Below are positions 57,304 through 64,000 of a stretch of DNA of 64,000 nt, piece by piece. This stretch comes from Minisyncoccota bacterium (lineage in GTDB: Bacteria; Patescibacteriota; Minisyncoccia; Phycocordibacterales; UBA9973). A program made the position numbers and the translations under genes. The notes below the pieces were generated by a model. It worked only from the letters and a program-made list of their open reading frames with translations. It did no database searches and had not been told where the DNA came from. The stretch covers positions 80,189 through 144,188 of the forward strand of contig JAIPHX010000002.1 in NCBI GenBank assembly GCA_021734995.1, given 5' to 3'. How positions within the stretch are numbered: position 1 is the stretch's first letter; every line of letters starts with the position of its first letter.

Positions 57304-58698
57304 TTATTTTAAAAAGAAGTCATCAACAAAACCAAAATTGTTTTTTCTTTTATATATATCTTCTGAGATATAATAGAAATAAGGTTTTTTATGTTTAACT
57401 TTTATTTTTATAATCCCCTTGATACATTCTTTTACATTATTAACAGACATTCCAGACTCAACAGATGCTTCCTGTATGAATTTTTCATAAACATTCGCAG
57501 GGCAACCACCATCTAATCTAGTCCTAGCTGAAACTTTTTTTGCTAAATCATAAATAGCATGATTCATCCCCTTCTTATTGTTTTTATTATCAGGAGTTAC
57601 TATTTGTATTTCAAATCTTTTATCTTTTTTTAAACCACCACCAAGATTCTTAGCAGAAACAATACCTGTAATAACAATAGCTTTGTATTCACCCTGAGAT
57701 GTAGCGTTTTTTTCTACTTTTTTATCAATAGTACTTTTAATTTTAATTTTTTTTGAAAACTTTTTATTTTTATTTTTATTTATATTTTTATTTATATTTT
57801 TTAAATCATCAGAACTTAATAAATTAATATCCTCAAAGAGAACATTTTCCACATGCATTTGATTGATTAACCAACCAATCAAAACTTCAGAAATAACTGG
57901 TATATCTTCCTGTTCAATTGAAAGCTTAAAACCAACACCATCTTTTAATGCTTCTTGGATGTTTGCTTCTGGTCTATTTATAAATCTTAAAATAACCTTT
58001 TCAAAATCTTTGGCTCTAGAATTTATTTTTCCTTTTTTATCACCAAATTCTCTCAAGAAGAAAAGTTTGTCACCTTTTCCGTCTGTAGAAATAGAAATAA
58101 GTGGTGAATCTACTTTATTGTCACTAATCATTTTTGATTCGAATAAATCTTTTGCTTTATTTAATTCATTAGCTTCATTCTTTAGTGTCTCATATATAGC
58201 AATCATAACTTTTACTAAACGACAAAAAACTAAAGATTTAGCTAAGGCATGTTTATTACCATTTTCTTTTTTTGCTTTTTGAGTATTTCTAAGGATATAG
58301 AAGATATCTTCTTTAGAACTAATAGATTTTGGAAAATCTTCCACATTTACAAACAAATCTCTTTCAGAATAAAGCAAAACATTTTCCATAAAATCAAAAG
58401 ATTGATTAAAAGCTTTATTTAATCTAGTAAAGACTTCTTCAGACTCTTTACTTTTACCTTCCTTTAAAATTAATTCACTTTTTATATCTAAAACCTTTTC
58501 AATCCAATCTAAAAAAACTTTTTCTTCTGTTTTACCTTCCATATCTGGTAATACTGTAAAATTAAAATCAATTGGTGTTGGTCTTTGTTTTGTAGGGATG
58601 TCATCAAAATCCCCTGCCATCATTTTACCAAAAGAGTCAATTTGCTTTTTTGGGTCTCCAATAGTTCTTTTATCTAAATATGGTAAATTTTCTTTCAT
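57304..58698 (-). CDS. Hypothetical protein with RelA/SpoT-like (RSH) nucleotidyltransferase motifs
   Basis: 464 aa; KGKINSRAKDFEK ... ALKDGVGFKL (D.xG.[RK][IL]) ... GEYKAIVITG ... RFEIQIVT..H.IY (EIQIRT-like), in the order and spacing of the RSH synthetase fold; K/N-rich low-complexity insert. Confidence 0.45.
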   Translation of the reverse strand: MKENLPYLDKRTIGDPKKQIDSFGKMMAGDFDDIPTKQRPTPIDFNFTVLPDMEGKTEEKVFLDWIEKVLDIKSELILKEGKSKESEEVFTRLNKAFNQSFDFMENVLLYSERDLFVNVEDFPKSISSKEDIFYILRNTQKAKKENGNKHALAKSLVFCRLVKVMIAIYETLKNEANELNKAKDLFESKMISDNKVDSPLISISTDGKGDKLFFLREFGDKKGKINSRAKDFEKVILRFINRPEANIQEALKDGVGFKLSIEQEDIPVISEVLIGWLINQMHVENVLFEDINLLSSDDLKNINKNINKNKNKKFSKKIKIKSTIDKKVEKNATSQGEYKAIVITGIVSAKNLGGGLKKDKRFEIQIVTPDNKNNKKGMNHAIYDLAKKVSARTRLDGGCPANVYEKFIQEASVESGMSVNNVKECIKGIIKIKVKHKKPYFYYISEDIYKRKNNFGFVDDFFLK

Positions 58699-58714
58699 AA
58701 AAATATTTTATAAT

Positions 58715-60220
58715 TTAAACTCCATGTTTTTGGTGGAGTTGTTTTACTTCTAATTCTTCTAATTCTTCTTTTTTATCTTTCCCCTTCTTCCCCAATTTCT
58801 GTAATTCTTTATCTGAAAGATTGTTTAATTTTAACACAATTTCAGATAAGATTTCTATTGTATTTTTAGAAGGATCTTCTAATACTTCTTCCAAAAGAGC
58901 ATTTAAAATCCAGCCCATTCTTGGTCCAGCACTAATTCCTAAATTTTTCATCATAAAATTACCATCTATTTTTAGCTGGGAAACTGAAATCGGATCATGT
59001 AATGCTTCTTCTATCATTGCGAAATATTTACGCAAACGATAAGGGGCTTCTTTCTTTTTCATTCCTACCCTATCGCACTCTCTTACTTGCATTAGCCCCC
59101 AAATGTTTTCTTTAGATACTTTAGTAATAATTCTACGCACAGCGGAAAGAGTTATGGTTTCTGTATCTGAAAAAAACATATGATTGCGAATTAATTTTTC
59201 CACAAGTTCTATTTCTTTTTTAGAAAATTTTAATCTCTCTAAAATATTTTTAGTCATTCTTGCTCCCACAACCTCATGCCCATAAAAAGTATACTTCCCT
59301 TTTCCTCCTGCTTTGCTTTGGTCAAATCTTCTAGTGCGAGGTTTCCCAATATCATGAAAAAGCGAAGCTAGCCTTATTTCTAAAGGCCATTTTTTGATTG
59401 CAGAATGTTCCATAGCGTGCAATAAATGATTCCATATATCATAGATATGTTCTCCTAGTTGCTCGCACCCAATCCCCTCTTCTAGTTCAGGAATTATGTT
59501 TTTCAATATGCCAAACTTTTGCAACATTGTAATTCCCACTGCAGGAGAATCTGACATAATTATTTTTACAAATTCATCTCTGATTCTTTCGGCAGATATT
59601 TTTTTTATTAAATCTACATTTTTCAAAATACTTTCTGTTGTTTCGTGTGAAATAGAAAAATTTAATTGAACAGAAAAACGAACAGCTCGCAACATTCTCA
59701 GAGCATCTTCTTGAAATCTTTCCTCCGCTTCTCCTACTGTCCTTAATATCTTTTTTTCTATGTCTTTTAGTCCATCAAACATGTCCATTACTTGTCCTTT
59801 ACTATCCATAGCGAGAGCATTTATAGTAAAATCGCGTCTTTTAAGGTCGTCCGATAGATTTTGACTAAACCTAACATCATCAGGATGTCTAAAATCACTA
59901 TATTCTGCCTCTGTTCTATAAGGAGTTACTTCAATTATCATATATTCTGTTCCTTGTGAAACGGCATCTTTTGTGGTTTCATAAGGAACACACACAGCAA
60001 CAGTACCAAAAGTATTCTCATACACTGTCTTGTCAAAAAGTTTAACAATTTCCTCAGGGACAGCATTTGTAGTAATATCCCAATCCTTTGGCTCTAACCC
60101 CAAAACAAGATCTCTAACACACCCCCCTACTAAATAGGACTCGAATCCATTTTTTTCTAACGTGTGCGTTACATGTAAAACCTCTTTTGGTATTTTTTTA
60201 AGATCTATATTAAATTTCAT
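58715..60220 (-). CDS. cca: CCA-adding tRNA nucleotidyltransferase with C-terminal HD domain
   Basis: Pol-beta head GGCVRDLVLG..DWDITT, RRDFTINA; HD domain LFHDIGKP; start set at MKFNIDL (ORF track's upstream GTG at 60232 would overlap the tRNA-Arg 3' end). Confidence 0.85.
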   Translation of the reverse strand: MKFNIDLKKIPKEVLHVTHTLEKNGFESYLVGGCVRDLVLGLEPKDWDITTNAVPEEIVKLFDKTVYENTFGTVAVCVPYETTKDAVSQGTEYMIIEVTPYRTEAEYSDFRHPDDVRFSQNLSDDLKRRDFTINALAMDSKGQVMDMFDGLKDIEKKILRTVGEAEERFQEDALRMLRAVRFSVQLNFSISHETTESILKNVDLIKKISAERIRDEFVKIIMSDSPAVGITMLQKFGILKNIIPELEEGIGCEQLGEHIYDIWNHLLHAMEHSAIKKWPLEIRLASLFHDIGKPRTRRFDQSKAGGKGKYTFYGHEVVGARMTKNILERLKFSKKEIELVEKLIRNHMFFSDTETITLSAVRRIITKVSKENIWGLMQVRECDRVGMKKKEAPYRLRKYFAMIEEALHDPISVSQLKIDGNFMMKNLGISAGPRMGWILNALLEEVLEDPSKNTIEILSEIVLKLNNLSDKELQKLGKKGKDKKEELEELEVKQLHQKHGV

Positions 60221-60227
60221 TTTTTTG

Positions 60228-60299
60228 TGCACCCGGAGGGAATCGAACCCCCACCAACAGTTCCGAAGACTGTTGTGATATCCATTTCACCACGGGTGC
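60228..60299 (-). tRNA. tRNA-Arg (anticodon TCG)
   Basis: Manual cloverleaf: acceptor GCACCCG/CGGGTGC, D-stem GTGA/TCAC, anticodon stem ACAGT/ACTGT with loop CTTCGGA, T-loop TTCGATT; 72 nt. Confidence 0.8.
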
Positions 60300-60551
60300 T
60301 TTTTAAATAAACTAATAACTATAGTATTATACACTTTTTATTGTTTTATAAAAGGAGCTTACTTAATAACAAATAAACACGAAAAACCATTTTCAATTTT
60401 ACTTGATGTTGAGAAATAACTACGTTTTATATGTTTTTAATTTAATGTCTAAAAAAATATAGAAAAACAAAATTTAATACTTAGAATAATTAAACACTTA
60501 AAATATTTTCATAAATCATTAAAAATCATTAAAAAAGTAGGTACAGGAGAA

Positions 60552-60580
60552 TTGCAATATGGGTTTGATGATAGTATAAT
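60552..60580 (+). promoter_or_regulatory. Candidate sigma-70 promoter for tRNA-Gly(GCC)
   Basis: TTGCAA-N17-TATAAT ~65 bp upstream of the tRNA. Confidence 0.4.
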
Positions 60581-60646
60581 ATTCAATGTTCTTTTAGAAA
60601 AAAAATTAAAATGGACTGAGCTTTGCAGAAAAAGCTTCAGTTAAAA

Positions 60647-60717
60647 AGCGGTCATGGTTTAGTGGTAGAACACGTCCTTGCCAAGGATGAGACGGGAGTC
60701 CGATTCTCCCTGACCGC
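60647..60717 (+). tRNA. tRNA-Gly (anticodon GCC)
   Basis: Acceptor GCGGTCA/TGACCGC, anticodon stem CGTCC/GGATG with loop TTGCCAA, T-stem GGGAG/CTCCC; 71 nt. Confidence 0.85.
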
Positions 60718-60982
60718 ACAACTTAGTGTCTATTTAATTATTCTTTATATGTCCTTTATATCTATCTTTTAAAATAAAGATATACTGTGAATATGTGGAT
60801 AACTTTGTGGGTATTGTTTATAAAGGACATATTTAAACTGTCTAATAAAAGACCAAAAAACCAAATATATGCTTATAATATAAGGTTATCTTAATAAAAG
60901 ACACTAAAAAATAATAAAGTGTTTCACGTGATAGAAGTTTCATAAAGAACCATTATTTAAAATTTATATCTTGCTTATATAA

Positions 60983-61399
60983 ATGCCTAAAATATTTACT
61001 TCTGAAGCTCAAAAAATAGGGGAATTGGGGGAGAAAATTGCTATTAAGTTTCTTATGAAACACGATTTTTTAATAAAAGAACGAAATTATACTAAAAAAT
61101 GTGGTGAAATTGACATAATTGCCTTTAAAAACAACAAACTCTATTTTGTAGAAGTTAAAAGCAGTTTAAAACATCAAAAAAAGTTATCCAGTGGAGGAAA
61201 TCCAGGTTATTCTTCTGAATATAATCCGGCAGACAATGTCCATTATAAAAAGAGAAGGCGATTATCTAAAACAATCCAAATGTATCTATTTGAAAATGAA
61301 ATCCAAAACACTAATTACCAGATAGATCTAATAATTGTAAATATTGATATAGAGAACCGAAAGGGCTCTATAAAAGTGGTAAAGGACATAATCTTGTGA
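60983..61399 (+). CDS. yraN: YraN family (UPF0102) endonuclease-like protein
   Basis: GELGEKIA.KFL...GEIDIIAF.....FVEVK matches the UPF0102 PD-(D/E)xK-like signature; sits between tRNA genes. Confidence 0.65.
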   Translation: MPKIFTSEAQKIGELGEKIAIKFLMKHDFLIKERNYTKKCGEIDIIAFKNNKLYFVEVKSSLKHQKKLSSGGNPGYSSEYNPADNVHYKKRRRLSKTIQMYLFENEIQNTNYQIDLIIVNIDIENRKGSIKVVKDIIL

Positions 61400-61427
61400 T
61401 ATACTCAATTTGTTTTCAGTACATCTT

Positions 61428-61498
61428 CGGGCTGTAGTATACCGGTAGTACAAGCGCTTTGGGAGCGTTTAGACTGGGTTCGATTCCCAGCAGCCCGA
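61428..61498 (+). tRNA. tRNA-Pro (anticodon TGG)
   Basis: Acceptor CGGGCTG/CAGCCCG, anticodon stem AGCGC/GCGTT with loop TTTGGGA (G37), T-arm CTGGG-TTCGATT-CCCAG; 71 nt. Confidence 0.85.
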
Positions 61499-61565
61499 CA
61501 ATAATAAAAAACCTTGTTTTAGAATATAAATTTGATATACTTACTTTCGTAAGAAAATAATAAAT

Positions 61566-61639
61566 GCGGGATTAGTTAAATGGTATAATAACAGTTTTCC
61601 AAACTGTGGTCAGGAGTTCGATTCTCCTATCCCGCACCA
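61566..61639 (+). tRNA. tRNA-Gly (anticodon TCC), 3' CCA encoded
   Basis: Acceptor GCGGGAT/ATCCCGC, anticodon stem ACAGT/ACTGT with loop TTTCCAA, T-arm AGGAG-TTCGATT-CTCCT, followed by ACCA. Confidence 0.85.
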
Positions 61640-61663
61640 AAATTTTTAATAAACTAAAATAAC

Positions 61664-62419
61664 ATGGAATTAAACAATTTATACCCATTTTTAGCAGTAG
61701 GAATAGTAAGTCTTATATCTCTTGTGGGAGTTTTTACTATATCTTTAAAAGAAGAAACTATAAAAAAATACCTTTTCCTTTTTATTAGCCTAGCTACAGG
61801 GGCGTTGCTTGGAGACGCATTTATACATTTAATCCCAGAAAGTTTTGAGGAATCTAGCAACGCTTTGCTCACAAGCTTACTTATCATCTTAGGTATTATT
61901 ATATTTTTTATCTTAGAAAAAATATTACACTGGCATCACCACGGAGAAGACACCGAAGATGCTCATATTCATCCGGTAGGGAAGTTGACTCTTTTCTCAG
62001 ACGGAATACACAACTTAATAGATGGTATTATTATTGGAGCTAGTTTTTTGATAAGTATCCCTGTAGGTATTGCTACTACAATCGCTGTTATAATCCACGA
62101 AATACCCCAAGAAATAGGGGATTTTGCTGTATTGATACATGCTGGATACAAAAAAACAAAAGCTTTATGGTTGAATTTTATTTCAGCGCTAACTTCTTTC
62201 CTTGGAGTATTTATTGCTCTACTTATAGGGGAAAAGACTGAGTCTTTTGTCATTTGGTTTTTACCAATAGCCGCAGGGGGATTTATATATATAGCGACAG
62301 CTGATTTAATCCCAGAAATGCACAAAACAAAAGAGATTAGAAGATCTTTTGTTCAACTTGGAGTAATATTGTTTGGAGTTTTTTTAATGGCGTTAATGAC
62401 TGCTCTTGAAACACACTAA
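61664..62419 (+). CDS. zupT: ZIP family zinc transporter
   Basis: HEIPQEIGDFAVLIHAG ZIP signature (HE.P..LGDFA.L); 8 TM. Confidence 0.85.
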   Translation: MELNNLYPFLAVGIVSLISLVGVFTISLKEETIKKYLFLFISLATGALLGDAFIHLIPESFEESSNALLTSLLIILGIIIFFILEKILHWHHHGEDTEDAHIHPVGKLTLFSDGIHNLIDGIIIGASFLISIPVGIATTIAVIIHEIPQEIGDFAVLIHAGYKKTKALWLNFISALTSFLGVFIALLIGEKTESFVIWFLPIAAGGFIYIATADLIPEMHKTKEIRRSFVQLGVILFGVFLMALMTALETH

Positions 62420-62434
62420 AATATTTCAAAATAT

Positions 62435-62462
62435 AAAAACCCTACTTTCATAGGGTTTTTAT
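62435..62462. terminator. Bidirectional terminator between convergent zupT and the M23 peptidase gene
   Basis: aaaaACCCTA(ctttca)TAGGGTttttt. Confidence 0.7.
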
Positions 62463-62481
62463 ATTATTTATTTTATTATAT

Positions 62482-63546
62482 CTATCTAGCCCAAGAACCA
62501 TCGGCTCCTGGATTTCTAGCCCCATGAACTTCAAAGTGCAGATGAGGTCCAGTAGATCTTCCTGTACTTCCCACAAGGCCTATAACATCCCCTTGAGATA
62601 CCTTAGTACCACTTGTCGTACTTATCTTAGATAAGTGAGCATACAACGTCTGTGTCCCATTTGGATGCTTAATAATAACCAAATTACCGTAACCACCGTT
62701 ATATCCACCTCTAGCAAGCAACACTGTCCCAGAAGCTGAAGCTCTTACAGAAGTACCAGTAGGAGCAGCTAAGTCAACTGAATTTTTTCCATGAATACCT
62801 TGGCTTTTTCTAGCGCTTGGGACAGGATTAATAAAGTATCCTGATAATGTTTTTGTAGGATTTTTCTCATAGTATTTATTATCTTTTGCAATACTTTCTT
62901 TTACATTTACAATTGGCTTGCTATTTTCAACTTCTTTTGTTGCATTTGGAATAATAAGCTTATCTCCTATTGCTAACTTTACATCTTCATCTAGATTATT
63001 GGCCCAAAGAATATCATTTACTTCTATTTTATATTTAGTAGCCAATCCCTTCAAAGTCTCTCCTTTTTTAACTTCGTGCTCTAAGCCGGAAATAGGCAAA
63101 ATAAGAAGAACATCTCCTTCTTTTATGGTATCGCCTTTTTTCATATCGTTTGCCCAAAGGATAGTATTCTGAGTAACTTCAAACATTTCAGCAATCTGGG
63201 ACAATGTATCTCCTTTCCTTACTACATATACACTAGTGCTTTCTGAAAAATCTCCCCCTTTAGCTCCTTCAATAGAGGATACAGCAGATACAGTATTTGC
63301 TACTAAGGCGTTTTGATTTACACTTAAAGACAAATCTACCGTATTGTCAGTAGACTTGTCTTTATCTAAAACATTTATATATGATCCATTTGCCTCTAAA
63401 ATAGGCATATTTTGAGAACCAGTGGTATTATTTTGATTATTTTGCAGAGCTGATCCAATAAATACAAGGCTTTGAGCTGAAGCTTTGTTTCCTAAGATAG
63501 AAGGAAAGAACGCCTCAGCCACATTAGAATATCCAAAAGAAGACAC
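62482..63546 (-). CDS. LysM-domain M23 family metallopeptidase (peptidoglycan hydrolase)
   Basis: Two LysM repeats (YVVRKGDTLSQIAEMF..., HEVKKGETLKGLATKY...); M23 catalytic region GYGNLVIIKH.....YAHL and HLHFEV; start is a GTG with no upstream canonical start, so the 5' boundary is uncertain. Confidence 0.8.
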   Translation of the reverse strand: MSSFGYSNVAEAFFPSILGNKASAQSLVFIGSALQNNQNNTTGSQNMPILEANGSYINVLDKDKSTDNTVDLSLSVNQNALVANTVSAVSSIEGAKGGDFSESTSVYVVRKGDTLSQIAEMFEVTQNTILWANDMKKGDTIKEGDVLLILPISGLEHEVKKGETLKGLATKYKIEVNDILWANNLDEDVKLAIGDKLIIPNATKEVENSKPIVNVKESIAKDNKYYEKNPTKTLSGYFINPVPSARKSQGIHGKNSVDLAAPTGTSVRASASGTVLLARGGYNGGYGNLVIIKHPNGTQTLYAHLSKISTTSGTKVSQGDVIGLVGSTGRSTGPHLHFEVHGARNPGADGSWAR

Positions 63547-64000
63547 TAAGAGAAGCCCAAAAAAGACTCCGGGAAGTAGGGGGGAAGATCTAAGGTGGGA
63601 TATGTATAGTCTTTTTTTAATGAGTCTAACAAGTATTGTAGATATCTCGGCAAGCGACCTGTCTGGATTTGCACCCAGAAATCCGATATTATCGGCATAA
63701 ATAGCTCTATTTTAAGCTTTTTGGTACATTTAAAGGCTATTTTAGCTCTTTTTTCCCAAAAAACTGAGAGATTTCTACAAAATTACAATCTTTCCAGCGT
63801 TTCTATCGTGGTCTTTCCTGCTTCTGATACCGTGTACTATTAAGGGTAGCCCAATACAAAAGGGAAGTCAAATGGTTATCCACACCCAAAACAAAATCAT
63901 TTTCATTTATTTTTAAAAAAACTAAGTTATTTATAAAAATTAAATTTAATATTCCTTAAAAAGCTTTTTATTTTTACTATGTAATAAAATTTATTATATT

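Noticed and set aside
1-64000. Alternative genetic code (UGA=Gly, as in some candidate phyla)
   Set aside because: All long housekeeping genes (ileS at 1200 aa, pnp, recJ, argS) are uninterrupted under the standard code. Recoding would show as systematic in-frame TGA truncations; none are seen.
1-64000. CRISPR array or cas genes
   Set aside because: No regularly spaced short direct repeats anywhere. The only tandem repeats are the 51-bp coding repeat (6225-6326) and the ~715-bp gene duplication (19085-20515).

Overview
Low-GC (~30%) bacterial chromosomal segment, dense in housekeeping genes. All long ORFs are intact under the standard code (no in-frame TGA recoding). Gene content and style suggest a reduced-genome organism: PPIase-less trigger factor, split comEC, a giant CARDB surface protein, and many small secreted proteins of unknown function. 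A CPR/Patescibacteria-like origin is an inference, not proven. Recognisable genes from start to end: efp (3' end); the rpsF-ssb-rpsR operon; tatD; metG; an M16 peptidase; glyQS; recO; ileS; argS; dut-tmk; a NUDIX hydrolase; glyA; comEC in two pieces with an SOD-family gene between them; rnhA; recJ; pgk-tpiA; a 1300-aa CARDB-repeat surface protein followed by three paralogous secreted proteins; nusA; ppa; tig; a higBA-like toxin-antitoxin pair; clpP; rny; hup; lexA; comM; a dksA/traR-like gene; pnp; an NYN-domain gene; rpsO; two cation antiporters; a tyrosine recombinase; xth; cca; four tRNAs (Arg-TCG, Gly-GCC, Pro-TGG, Gly-TCC); yraN; zupT; and a LysM/M23 peptidase. Most worth a second look: (1) ileS carries an in-frame ~220-aa insertion with histidine-phosphatase (RHG...SHG) motifs. 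(2) A 464-aa protein with RelA/SpoT-like nucleotidyltransferase motifs sits directly upstream of the HD-domain CCA-adding enzyme and a tRNA cluster. (3) A textbook TTGACA-N17-TATACT promoter has a perfect GAAC-N4-GTTC (Cheo-type LexA box) palindrome in its spacer, upstream of a small ORF plus lexA. (4) Two toxin-antitoxin-like pairs, one inserted into the conserved tig-clpP cluster. (5) A tandem segmental duplication of an unknown gene that carries along a fossil of the NUDIX gene's 3' end. (6) Four perfect DnaA-box 9-mers, all intergenic.
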